Assembly: GCA_028023455.1 (NCBI GenBank)
Contig: JAQFVV010000006.1
Span: 8,184,001 to 8,248,000 of the forward strand
Direction of reading: 5' to 3'
Source: Epiperipatus broadwayi
Lineage: Eukaryota > Animalia > Onychophora
Length of the DNA stretch: 64,000 nucleotides
The notes beneath the pieces are model-generated. The model was given only the letters and a program-made list of their open reading frames with translations. It was not told the DNA's origin and searched no databases. This document shows positions 38,700 to 51,453 of this stretch, piece after piece. The position numbers and the translations under genes are program-made. Within the stretch, counting starts at the first letter, position 1, and every line of letters begins with the position of its first letter.

Positions 38700-38910
38700 A
38701 GAATAATGAGCTTGGATGTTAAGGTATGGCACAGAATGCATTATGCTGCTGCTGTATTTAACAATGTTAAAAGATAGTCTTGTCATAGAAATATAATTAT
38801 TGTATTTAAAGTTACTAATTTGGTCAATTGATTGTATGGCAGTGAGATGTGGACACTCCATCACTGTAACAAGGAAACCATCAGAAAAAAATACTCAAAA
38901 AATGATTGCA
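38700..38910 (+). pseudogene. Old LINE fragment
   Basis: LYGSEMWTL motif (YGSETW-like). Confidence 0.5.
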
Positions 38911-39162
38911 AGGTCATAAAGCCAACTGGTATACTCTTCAATTTACTATATATGATATGAGTGAACTTATTATAATAAAATAATGGGTGACAGTCTTCCT
39001 AGAAGCCTTTTTGGTAAAAACTGAACATAATTTGCATGTGAGAAGCAGACTCTATTTAAATTATAAAGATGGTCTTAAAGCTTTCCAAAGAATAATGTAA
39101 TGGAAAAGTAGAATTCGTTTTGAAGTAATTCATTGCAAGATATCAAGTAAAAAAGACTAAAG

Positions 39163-39167
<5 letters not shown>

Positions 39168-39206
<39 letters not shown>
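39168..39206. repeat. (AT)n microsatellite
   Basis: Pure AT dinucleotide run. Confidence 0.95.
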
Positions 39207-39208
<2 letters not shown>

Positions 39209-39479
39209 ATGAACTTATAATTCAAGAAATAGTTTATATATATATGGATATACTGATAATTCAAGAAATGGTTTGTATAATTGTAAAGCATTTTACTTTT
39301 TATCTTGTGAAAACAATAATGACCATACTTCTTTACGAACGAATGCTAATGGTAAGGTACAAATATTGATCCAACTTAAAAAAAACTATAACAAAAAAAA
39401 ACAACAACTTAATTGTGACTTCAAAAAAAAGTTAAATCCCAGCATCTGATTCACAATGCACTGAAAACAGAGTTAATAT

Positions 39480-39800
39480 TGACAATCAGATTAAATACCA
39501 CCATCTTCACCATGAGGCTACCTCTGCAGAGTTAATTCATTTCCCTAACTCCAATCTGGAACTTCCAAGAATGTTACTTCTTGGAAATTATTTCTTAGCC
39601 CATTGGTAGTCCATATGCTATATGAACATCTCACCTCAATTTCACATTCTTAATTAAGCATCCAAAATATTTGCTTAGCTTCATATGGGTTCTGTAATTC
39701 TGTTGTTCATAGTAAATCCTAACATGTTCTTTTCTATAATCCTTAAATTATTCTGCAATGTTTGATGCAGTGATCACAGATTCTGGATCATGTCAACACT
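39480..39800 (-). pseudogene. Old RTE-like LINE 3' fragment
   Basis: Degenerate similarity to the RTE fragments at 44.6 and 59.9 kb (..QWAKK..PR..). Confidence 0.45.
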
Positions 39801-39879
39801 TTCACTTCTGTTAGTCAAACATATTAATCAGCAATTCATTATTTTCTTTTATTAATTCAACTATAATATTTATTTTTAC

Positions 39880-40140
39880 AAACGCAGACGGTATTGAAAT
39901 CAAACTGAGAGAGTGCAAACCTCTCAAGCGTTTAGCCAATCAGATCGCAAATACTGGGACAGAGAATTTAACAAGAAAAGAGCGGTTCCACTCTCTTCTT
40001 TACTTGTCGATCTATATATCCAAGCCAGTCCAAAGTACTTAGATCTGCAAGCGTGAATCTTAAATATCTTCACACTTAACTCACTGAGTTCTAATTATAA
40101 ACATACAGCATGAAATCATTCGATTTACTACGCAGTAGGT
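39880..40140. promoter_or_regulatory. CpG-retaining promoter-like patch with CCAAT box
   Basis: AGCCAATCAG at 39934-39943; visibly more CG dinucleotides than the flanks. Confidence 0.3.
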
Positions 40141-40936
40141 TTTAGATGTTATAACCTGCAGCAATATATGTAAATAATATTTATTTCTACAATAATATTG
40201 ATTTCAATATTTTTTAATTGAAATCTAAAAATAATCTAAGGATATATTTTCATGGAAGAGAAATAATCAAATGGTTTATTGCTCAGGAGTCTATAAGAAG
40301 TTGGAGCACCAAAAGTGACAATTGGGATATGATCTATGGATCATGAGCTCTGGAGTCTGTCACTTTATGACTGCACAAAACCTTATACTTTCTGAAAAAT
40401 AGTGACAGTTTGCAGTGTACTTTTGAGAAAAAGTGATCATAATAGGATTGTTCCAACAGCAGATTACATAATTTTTCCATTTTTTATCTCATCCTATCCA
40501 AAATCCCCAAACTAGAGTCTATCTTATAGCTTTTGTTAGTGAGAGCTTTGGATTAATTTGAATCACACGCTTGGATATTTTGGATCTAATGCATTTTTAC
40601 TCTAGCAGACATGTTTTTATTTTTTGTTATACTATCAAGTTACCAATCCATGTTGAAAAAATGTGTAACTGTTTTAATTCAGGTTTATTTATTTGCATAG
40701 TTACATAGATGTGTTCCCAGTTCAGTTCTCTGTGCTATCGTAAATTTAGCGTTATTATAACCTATAGCAATTTTTATTGTTAACCAGAATTGGTACAAAA
40801 CGTATATATTGAAATGATTATATATATTTTTATAATCTTAAAAATCTTTATTCTTTGACTAGAATTAGTACAAAACCAATGCCGAAGAATAAAAGTGCCC
40901 AAGATTATAAAAAAATAAGATCACTATAATATATAG

Positions 40937-41446
40937 CAGTGGTCGGCAAACTTTTTAACATGAAGAGCCACTTTGATTACATCTCCCTTCTTTCTCCCAT
41001 TAAAGAGTCACAAAGAGAGAGGTACTTCCCCACCCTATTAAAGCCACAAGAAAAAAGGTACTGCCCCATTCAGTTAAAGAACTATAAGGAAAGAAGCAAA
41101 AAGTATGTTCCTGAAAAATACAAATTGTTGTGGATAAATCCGAACATTTATTTTAGTAATAGAACATAACAGAATCTGTATACATCCTAATGAAAAGAAA
41201 AATTCTCTTAAAAGTAAACAAATAAAAACAAAAAAATTACTTTGGCAGTTTGATTTATTCACAAATTTTAATTATATACAATAATTATTATGCTATAGTA
41301 AGAATGAATTCAAGAGACAATGTTGTAAAGTGCATTTTCCCTCTCCTAGAGTCATCAATATGTTTATTTACAAATTACAAGAGGAAAACAGGAGATTGAG
41401 ATCAAAGACCACATTTGGTTTGCGAGCCATAGTTTGTTGACCTCTG
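40937..41446. mobile_element. hAT MITE with perfect 8-bp TSD
   Basis: TIRs CAGTGGTCGGCAAAC / GTTTGTTGACCTCTG; TSD ATATATAG at 40929-40936 and 41447-41454. Confidence 0.9.
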
Positions 41447-41536
41447 ATATATAGGAACTAAACTGGTTTCAGATAGATATAACTATGCAAGCAATCAGCT
41501 TAGATTTTAAAAAAAAATGTTTCAATTTAGAATGGT

Positions 41537-41801
41537 AAAACAGGCAAAACTCTCCATACAGCAGTAGCATCACTCAGTGCAAGCTCTATGGATGTAAGAA
41601 GATTTCTGCATAAAATTCCTATTTAGTGCCTATTCATCCAATATCCCCAGACCAGTTTCTAGCTTGTGGCTTTCATCAGTGAGGGGTCTTGGATCTGAGA
41701 GCACTGCACCTAGATCTAGTCTGGGAATATTGGATGAATAGGCACTAGATAGGAATTTTATATGCAAACCTTCTTGCATCCATTGACTACTCTGGCTTGC
41801 A
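41537..41801. mobile_element. Family A fold-back element; HHR at 41645-41684 (-)
   Basis: Minus strand CCTCA CTGATGA AAGC CACAA GCTA GAAAC TG GTC TGGGG. The right arm restarts at TAGTCTGGGAATATTGG. Confidence 0.85.
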
Positions 41802-43047
41802 CAAAGTTCAAAAAAGTCCAAAACACTCCTCGCTATTGAAAACTATAAGGTAGAAATTAATCTTGAAGATATTGGGATATAGTATTAGATAAGGATTTAT
41901 TAAGCATTACTGCATGACATCTATGGATTACTAAAGCTTAGATCGTGTAACATAAAAGTAGGGAGAATAAAAAATTTGTAAGAATATAGTAATGTGAAAG
42001 CTAAGATCATGTGATATACTGTTGGTCATGTGATGTATTATTGGTTTCATACACACATGCTCATATATTAACTTCCATTTAATAAATTCTTTTCATTTAT
42101 CTCCCTTATGATTTATGTTTTAAAAAGTCCATGCTATGGTTTCTAAGAACAAAAATAAAAAAATCAATAAATGCATCTTAAGGAAATGTTAATAAAAATA
42201 TTATGAGAAAGGATAATAAAGAAAACAAAATGCTAGTCAAGGTCAACTTTATATCATCTTTCCTGAAGAAAAAGAATTTTATTAAATAAACAAGCAATGT
42301 TTAAACTACATATCCACCTCTATAATAAATTCACCCCAAACTATATATTCAATCAATAAAATAGTATATAATGATTTAGAAAAGGCTTTAAATATATAGC
42401 ACATTTATTTATGAATGTGCGTGATTATTATTAGCAAAAATTCGTAAACAAGTATTATTAAAATGTTATAATCTTCATTAATTAATTAATAAAAACTGAC
42501 TGTTAATTTTATTCTTTTAGAAATTATCTAATGATGAATATCATAGAAACATTTTTTTCTCCCATTCCTTCATCTATTCCATTCCAGTTTTACAGCCTAA
42601 AAACAGTGGCGCACAACCTTTTTACACTTGCGACCCTATACTCAAACTAAAATTTTATATGCCCCATTATGAGGATAGTAATAATAAAAGTCGTTTTACC
42701 ATATACAAATATATATTTTTATATTATATTTCAGTATATAGGATTTGATCAAATATCTTTGAAAAAACTACATATTAACAAAAAATATATAATAAATTTA
42801 AAAACATTTTTTTTTAAATTAAATAAGTGTGATGGCTGTATTTCCACTGAATTCGTGGTTTTTTATTACCCATTAAAAAATATTTAATTCCAAAACTTGA
42901 GACAATAAAATTTTATAAATGTATATTAATATTTCGTTCTAATGAGATCTGTTGATTTGTAGCAATTACAACTTTTTGAGCCAATTTTAGAAAATGTGTA
43001 CATTCAAGAACATAGTGTCATGTATCAATGTTAGGTAGATACTACCA

Positions 43048-43223
43048 TGGTGGCTCTCAACCTTCCTAATGCTGCGACCCTTTAATACAGTTCCTTATGT
43101 TGTGGTGACCTCCAACCTGTAATTTTACTACTGTTATGAATCGAAAATATGTTTTCTAGTGACCCCTGTGGAAAGGTTGTTTGATCCCCAAAGGGGTCGC
43201 AACCCACAGGTTGAGAACTGCTG
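43048..43223 (-). mobile_element. URR1/SPIN-like hAT MITE
   Basis: Minus strand CAGCAGTTCTCAACCTGTGGGTTGCGACCCCTTTGGGG...GGTCACCACAACATAAGGAACTGTATTAAAGGGTCGCAGCATTAGGAAGGTTGAGAGCCA closely follows my recollection of the URR1 consensus, with internal deletions. Confidence 0.75.
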
Positions 43224-43699
43224 ATAAACAAAACATTGAAAGTGAACAAAAGAACTGAGAACCATATAAGCAAAGTACCATTATGGTGTGCTGTTTATAC
43301 AAAGTGGATTGGAATATAAAAAGGGAAGTGTTTACACATAAAAGTGGTCAGACACTCAATAATGAGTGGTGCAGTTTTTCATGGATTTTTAATAATGTTT
43401 AGATTTTGGTTATTTCAATTAAAAATTTATTATCCAACATAAGAACTTCTCAAAATTTTCATAACTCTCAACAATTTTTCTGTCATCCCTTGAGAGGTTG
43501 TAACCCATATGTTGCACATCACTAGCTAAAAGCAAAGCATCCTAGACAATCTTTTAAATAAATAAATAAAAAATACAAAATCAAAAATATAATATATATA
43601 ATTAATTGTCAGACATTAATGCAAATAAAGTTAAAACATTCAAAAGCATAAAAGTGGAAACAAACATATTCTAATAAAAATTTACAGAATATTGATTTA

Positions 43700-43955
43700 G
43701 ACCACTAAACATCACATGATCACTATCTCTTATACTAGCACATAACTGTTAATAAACAAGGCAAAACTCTCCATACAGTAGTGCCACCCTGTGCCAACCA
43801 GAGTAATCAATGGATGCCAGAAGGCTTGTGTGTAAAATCCCTATCTACTCATCCAATATCCCCAGACTAGTTTCTGGCTTGTGGCCATCGCCAGTGAGGA
43901 GCCTTGGATGTGAGAGCACTGCACCTAGATCTTAGGATCCAATGCAACCCTCCAG
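43700..43955 (-). mobile_element. Family A single-arm copy; HHR at 43860-43899
   Basis: CCTCA CTGGCGA TGGC CACAA GCCA GAAAC TA GTC TGGGG (perfect stem II, A6G core change). Extends to ccactaaacatcacatgatcac. Confidence 0.8.
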
Positions 43956-44574
43956 CAGCCACCTTTTATCTCTACTTAACTACAAAACTATGAGAATGAA
44001 ATTTGAAAACACAAAAATATTTTCAATCTAAGCTCAATAGCTTATATAGTCATGTAGGTCTGAACTCAGTTCAGCACCCATACATCACATCACATCCTTG
44101 TTTAATATTGATTTAGCTATATTATTTGCAGAATTCCCATTTCTTTGCTTGGAAATTTTTTTTTTTTCTTAATACTATACTCTGAGCTTGTTTTCTGTCT
44201 CATACTGAGAATTAAAATCAATCTTATAAAGGCAATAATGCAATAATAAAAAATCATTTTAAATTCAGTTTTTTACTTGGAACTTATTTCCACGGCATTA
44301 ATTAGCTTTCTTAGAAAAACCTTGAAAGGTTTCACAAACATATCCTAATAAATGTAAAACTTGAAATATTAATCAATCTTAAGCAAAATTGATAAAAAAC
44401 AATTTAAAAATAAATAAAATATATTTAAAATATCAAACCACTTTTCATTTCTTATATGAACCTTATCAAAATGTTTCCTTTTGATAATCGCACAACAAAT
44501 TATTCTATAGTAACTTCATCCAATGGACCTCATTCAAATTAGAATACCCTAAAGATATTAAAAGTAAGATCATC

Positions 44575-45100
44575 AATTATCATCATCAACATTTTCAACC
44601 ATTATTGATCCCCTGTGGAATGAAGGTCTTTCAAAGTTCAATCTATCCTTTCTGATCTCTACTCTCATCTCCACATCATCCCAGAACACTTCCTTATTTC
44701 ATCCATCCATCTCACATATGGTCTCCTCCTAGGTTTTTATATTTCTTGGAATCCAGTTTAAGATTTCAGCTATCCATCTATTATCATATCTTCTAACAAT
44801 AAGTCCAGCACAACTCCACTCCAGTCTCTTAAGTATTTCAATGATATTAATAACACCTGTTTGTTCTCTCACCCATGTATTTCATTTCCAATCTTTTCTT
44901 GTTATTCTTAACATACTTCTCACCATACTTATCTGAAGTCTTATTGCTCTTCTGTTAAGTGTCAAGTCTCAGATCCATAAGTAAGAATTGGTAACACACT
45001 TTTATTAAAAAATCTTCCTTTTCAAACACATAGGCATATTTTCTTATAATATTAAATTATTACTACCAAAAGCACTCCAACCAAGTTTAATTCTATGATT
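44575..45100 (-). pseudogene. RTE-like LINE 3' fragment
   Basis: Degenerate translation LPILTYGSET..., WSCAGLIVRRYDNRWIAEILNWIPR..K.PRRRPYVRWMDEI. Confidence 0.8.
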
Positions 45101-45980
45101 AATTTAATAGATGAAATAAAAGTAATATATAAATGTAAAGATTACTAAATAAATATAAGCTGATTAATCTTTATATATATATATATTACTTTGTATGTTT
45201 TTATTATATTACAATTTGAATGATATCCACTGAATAAGGTTATTATAAAATAGTTTATCATGTTATTAAAAGGGGCCCATCTTGTTAAGTTATTGTAAGA
45301 AATGAAAACTAGTTTGAGGTTTTACATAAATTTTATTTATAATGAATACTCATCTATATTCTTCGAACATTAGAAACAATGAGGCCATAAATATGATCTC
45401 TCCAAAGTGGATGTTATTTGCACTAAAAGGAAGGATAAAAAAGAAAGATCAAAGAGGCTTGGGCAATAGCCACGAATGACTTTGCTATAAATAAAAAAGA
45501 AACCAGTATCCCCCTGTCAAAAAAGTGGCTTCTCTGATGAACTTTACACACATTTGAATAACAAACAATAAATTTAAATTAATATAAATACAAAAATAAC
45601 AGATAAGTACATATAAAAATCTATAATAAATTTAAAAGGGGTAGAATTATGATACTTAATGTATTGAAAGCATGCTAGCATGAATAAAAGCTAAAATTCA
45701 TAACATATGTCTACTATTTCTGGTTTAAATATTTCTAGCATTTATTATTTAACATTATTTTCAAATTGTTTATTATCAATTTTGTTTAAGATTGATTAAT
45801 GCTTTAAATTTTATAATAGTAAAAATCAGTCATATATCACATGACCTATATAGCTTGCATTACCAATATGTAATATATAAAGAGCCTGCTACTAGCTCTA
45901 AACAAGCTTAATTATTTTATTTTTTAGGATAAATGCTACAAGAGAAAATACATGAAGCTTTTATCTATGATGGTCCCCAT

Positions 45981-46019
45981 CCCCAGACTGGTTTCAAGCT
46001 ATGGCTCTCATCAGTGAGG
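45981..46019 (-). ncRNA. Family A hammerhead motif, best-preserved copy
   Basis: CCTCA CTGATGA GAGC CATA GCTT GAAAC CA GTC TGGGG. All core nucleotides present, 5-bp stem I, 4-bp stem II, GUC triplet. Confidence 0.75.
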
Positions 46020-48117
46020 AGCTAGGACATAAGATTCAAAATATTAACTCAAGCCAAGCATTTATCTAATTCTTAAATATTAAGAAAAAGATTCAAATCT
46101 TCAGACACCTACATGTCTTCAAATTCAGCTCTTTAACCAAAGAAACTATATGAGCCTGAAATGAAGACAACAATGCAGAAAATTTTTAAGTTTGAAATTT
46201 GACCATCTGATCTAATAAATATTTACAGAATGTTGATTTAACCATATTATTTGCAGAACTTCTACTTTCTTGCTTGAAAATTATTTTTTTCTTGATGTTA
46301 TGTTCTAAACCCATTTTCTGCTTCATACTGAAAATTAAAATCAAACTTCTAAAAGCAAAGCAAATTTACACTAATAAAATATTTTATTTTTGCATTCTTA
46401 CACGGAATTTTTTTTTCCATTGTATTTATCAGCTTTCTAAACTCAGTTTTTAAAAGGCCCTGAATGTTTTTACACATGAACTTTCAAAATCAACTGATTA
46501 ATTCAATATAGTATTTTCATTCTCAATTGGAAATGTTTTCCACTTCTTGCTTCATAGTGAAAATAAACAGTGTTCTTTAAAAAGCGAAAGAATTATGCTG
46601 ATGAAAAAATCCACTTTACTTTTTCTTTCTTACTTGGAATTTTTTTTTCATGGTATTAATCAGCTCCTTAATATAGAAAAATTCATCTGCATCTTATAAC
46701 AACGAATACAATTTGTTATAATAATTGCTTATTTGCAATCTCTTTTTTTTTGTGTGTGTGACAATGGTAATCAGTATTTTAACTCAGATTTTCAGAATTA
46801 TAAACAAAAGTATTATATATATGCAGAAGACTAAATAAAAAAATAATAAGTACCATACATTTTAACAAAGATAAAAATGAAAAGGTACAGAAAGTAAATT
46901 GTTAATTGACCTATTAATTTATTAAATAGTTAAAATAAGAGTCATAGATCATGTGACCCTATCTCTTAAGCTTGTAAGTTATAAACAATGAGGATTGCCT
47001 ATTCCTCTGCAAGCTTTATGATAAATGCCTAGCCAGGGCCAGCACTTAAAATATCTCTGTCAGGAACCCCTCCCCAAATCCCTAACCATGGTTGATCTTC
47101 AGTTTGAATTAAAGTTTGTGGGAAAATAAAACTTTTTTAAGAGAATTATTACTAAAATTAATTTTTATACCTAATTAAAATAATGAAAAAACCTATAAAT
47201 TTATAAGTTATAAAAATACAAAGATGAATTTTTATAATATCTATAATAATCTGGGTTGGATTGGATTTCAGGTTGCGGGCCGGAGAATGACCTTCAGATA
47301 TGAAGGTTAGCTGTGAATAAGCAAAATAAATGTAAATAACCATCAGTGGCCAACATTTACTATCAGAAAGTGAAGAAGGAGACAGTGGCATGTGTATTTC
47401 TATAAAATGCCACAATTCCTTTGATAGTAGATGTATAATGGCAAGAGTTGAAAGTTAATAACCCGCTGATGCTGGTCAGTAACAGCATTCTTCCAACTCA
47501 TCGGAAGATCACTACAGGTGATAATGATGAGGCGGATATGGTAAACGAATGTTCATTTGTGAGATTCAGGTAGCACATTAAGCCTGCTATGAAGGTTATT
47601 TCTGGGCAAATATAGCAATGGGAAACCATTTTGCCTTATAATTCCCTTGTTTTATTATGACTCTGCATGCATAATAATGTATTTTTTCCCCTGGATGCAT
47701 TAAGATATAAGTTTAAATCCTATTACAAACAAGATACAATTATACAAATAAAATATATTTTATATTTATTATTAAAAACATTTTTTAAAAACAAAAATAA
47801 CTTTGAAATAGAGCTATTTAATTACAATACAAACATTGGACACAGACCGTACAAATGTCATCATGAATAACATCATGGCATGGTGTATATCGTCAGCAAT
47901 AATATATCAAGGTAACATAAAATTTGCCAAAGATTTATATTTACCCTATATGGATTATAATTGTTACAAATGTTATCCACATTTGTGTTAATATCATTGT
48001 TACATTCCTCTTGTGTCTCTTTGTAACAAATGTCATTAGCAAATTGTTATTTTACAGAAATAATCTGTGTTATTTATATAATATAAAATAAATTCTTCCA
48101 TTTATATTACCAAGATC

Positions 48118-48450
48118 ACCCTTTTCTTTATTTTGCTGTAATATCTTATATAAATACAATTTATCCAAACCACTTCAAACACTTTTTAGCAAAACTCTTT
48201 ATTTGTGCATATATACATACACCAACATTTCAACTGTCCTGCAATCTTCTTCAGAGTCAATTTACTTTAATATCTTAAAAACATTTTTTTAAGAGATTAC
48301 AGTAAATTGGCTTTGAAGATGTTTTTTTAAGAGATTAAAGTAAATTGGTCCTGAAGAAGGGTTGAAGGACAGTCATAATGTAGGTGTAAGTATATATGAA
48401 CAAATAAAGAGTTTTGCTAAAAAGTGTTCAAAGTCGTTTGGATAAATTGT
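48118..48450. mobile_element. Family B fold-back element with two divergent HHR motifs (48221-48258 -, 48347-48385 +)
   Basis: Minus strand GACT CTGAAGA A GATTG CAGGA CAGTT GAAA TG TT GGT. The plus copy has lost GAAA. Inverted arms end gtttggataaattgt. Confidence 0.8.
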
Positions 48451-49402
48451 TCTTTCACTTCTCTATAATGAAGCCAAATAACATTTCATAAGCAGAAAAT
48501 ATTCTATTTGTAATACAGTTGTTTTATAAATAATGCACTTGTATTAAATAAGATTATGACTGGGCATCCTGGATAGAGATTCCAACCAGAAGGTAGAATT
48601 ATTTATGACTTCATCAGGTTCTTTAATTCTGTTGCTGTAGCTATATACTTATCATTCATTATGTAATTTATAGTGTGATTGTCCGCATCTACATAAGTCA
48701 GCAGCGATTAAATTTCATTTATGAAATAGATGAATACAGCAACCATGGGCTGTCCTAAACATATTGACAAGATTCCAATAATATCTAGAAAGATCAAAAC
48801 TGGATGGCTTTATTGTTAAATATGGAAAGAGAAATTGGTTCAGTATCTCTAAACAGTCTATTTTTATGTGATAATTATTCTGTTATAGATTTTCAGTTAA
48901 ATATCCAAAAAGAGGATTTTGATCTGACACAAATCTTAGAGGACAAAACTACGTAGACTTATTAACAAATCCAACCTGCTTAGCAGCTTTTTATACTCTT
49001 CTGATATCTGATGAAGAACTATATAAAAGAACATAAAGTCACTGGAGTGTGCCAATAATGTTTTCTTACTACATTACTAGTTTATTTAGGCATAATGAAA
49101 AGATCATGTAATGTTTCAATGATTTAATAGTTCTTATAGTAACATTTAAGTGAGTATTCACCACACAACAATGGAATATACTAGTACTAATAAAGATATC
49201 CACAAAGTGCCTGTTGCAAAACTGAGTAATTAGTAGTTGCTAAATGATAGGGCTTGTATTTGAGAGTTGATGTGAGGATAGTGGATCTGAATTTCTTTTT
49301 TAGTCTAATGCTCTTTTCTTTCAGCAGTCCAGTCACCGTTTACTCTTTTTTATATTATCAAGCTATCAGCTGGAATATTTTAGATCCAGATCTGAAACTT
49401 CT

Positions 49403-49442
49403 TCTCAAAGATGAAGACAGTAAGCTAGAAACTAGTCTGGGA
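49403..49442 (+). ncRNA. Degenerate family A hammerhead motif
   Basis: CTCA AAGATGA AGAC AGTAA GCTA GAAAC TA GTC TGGG. Confidence 0.5.
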
Positions 49443-50980
49443 ATATGGATGAGTAATCAATGAATAGAGATTTAACAAGCATTACATCTAGCACCAATTG
49501 ATGGCCATAATCAATGGCAGAGTGAAAATAATGTAAATAAATTACAGTAATTGATTAAGATGCATAAATTATACATCGTATTAGAACTTGAAAAGCTTAA
49601 AATTCATTTTAGCAATTGGGATTTAATTACTCATAAATTATTTTAGAATATGTACAGTTTCCTACTCTAATGCCATCTACTGTGGGGTTGAGCAATTTAT
49701 CACTAGTAGATAATCTTAACAGTATTTTAAAATCCCTTCCTCAGATAGGTTTCCAGGGTTTGCTTTTATCAATGAAGTAGTAATATAGTTATATATCTAG
49801 CAACCATTTAATTCCATTTTTACTTTTCAAGCCAAAAGCTTGAAAATTCAAAATATCCTATGGTTGTAAACACAACTCAACCTGTTTGACCAGTTATTTA
49901 GATCTGATTCCAGGTCAATATATATTCTCACATCCTCAATTTTTTACTACTCAGAGATACATTTTCCTTCTGTCCAGGAATTTTAATAACAACAGGAAAC
50001 CATTTAATTATTCATCTCACACAATCTATGATAAAACAGGAGCAGCCCTATTCCCATGCCATATTTTTAAGTTTGGGTAATTAATGATTACCATATTACT
50101 CTATTGTATTTCAAACACCATACTTTAGATTGTTTCTGATTTTTGACTTTATAAGTTGGGATGCAAAGTAATGTAGTTCTGCAACCAGAAACTAACTTTA
50201 ACTCCATTTGACTGGACTGGAGAATGGGATTAAAATGCAAAAAAACACCTACTAACCCATGATAATTCAAGCTTACAGAAGATGGCATTGGGTAAAGAGC
50301 TAGTTGAATGATTGAGCAATTTATTATTATTAACATTCTTAAACTGGGAGGTCCTATAGGTAATTAATAAATAAAAAAACAAAAGGTACTAAAATATATG
50401 AATATTTAAAGAAGAGAGAGACAATACAACTGTTTAAATGAGTTCACTTGGATACAAAATCTCAGGCTGATATGAATTCAAATTTTTATGCTGGATACCT
50501 AAAATTGGTTTGCTGAAAAATTCTGGTTTGAATTCTAATCCCCACAGGTAAATGCAAAAGCCAATCGGAGCATGGGAATTTAAAGCACAATGTGAGATAT
50601 TTGGTAATCATGATTAGTCAATCTTCCAGTAGATGACTTTGTAGAGCACACCTCTTATTTTACCATATACAGTATGAACGGAGTAACTGAATAATTTATC
50701 TCTGATAAATTAACATTTCTTAATTTTTTTATTTTATAAATGAATAAAAGGAATATTTGTTATTAGGCCGACATTTCAAGTTACCACAAAGACCTATTGA
50801 GTGTGGGCTTCAAACATAGACAATAACTGCTAATTATGTAATAGAAAACAAATGATAAACAACCCTTCCATATATCCCTAAAGTGGCTAAACAACTTGTA
50901 AAAACTTTTTCAAAAGAATTTAGGGTTGGTTTCCATACACCTCCTAACACAAATAGATTACTCAGTAATTCCAGATAAAA

Positions 50981-51253
50981 ATGATCCTAGATGAACACCT
51001 TGTGTACAAGATATCATGCCTGCAGGCAGGCTGTAGCACTGTATATTATGGGGAAATGAAAGCCACTGTTAATAATAGAGCTACCCAACATATGTATGCA
51101 TACAAAAGAGCTCAAAATAATGGTGACAACATTTCAATATTCTTGGAAGGCGAAAAAGCAGCTGGTCACAAATTCGTACCCTCCAACCTTGAGATTGTAT
51201 GCACCGAGAGAAATGACTGCAAAAAAAAAGGAGGCGTACTTCGTCATAAATGA
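50981..51253 (+). pseudogene. GIY-YIG endonuclease fragment of a Penelope-like element
   Basis: LVYKISCLQAGCSTVYYGEMKATVNNRATQH. Confidence 0.75.
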
Positions 51254-51411
51254 TCCACAAGCCATTAATAGAAAAGACACATGTTTCTCTATTTCTAAGA
51301 AGTGGACAAGCTGATTGATCTATATATATATTAAAAAAATTGTTTTACATACGAAGATTAATTTGCATACATTAGCATACATTAACAACACCATAACGTT
51401 TTTAACTCTTC

Positions 51412-51453
51412 GGCTATGAATATGAGGTTAAAAGACCTCAAAGGCGCTAAGCC
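51412..51453 (+). ncRNA. Degenerate minimal HHR in the PLE 3' pLTR (family D)
   Basis: GGCT aTGAAtA T GAGGT taaaag ACCTC aAAg GCGC TA AGCC. Stem I GGCT/AGCC, 5-bp stem II and palindromic GCGC loop are intact; core nucleotides are mutated. Confidence 0.6.

Noticed and set aside
47255-47620. GC-richer segment with splice-like sites on both strands
   Set aside because: Could not build a consistent stop-free exon chain or recognise a peptide; left uncalled.
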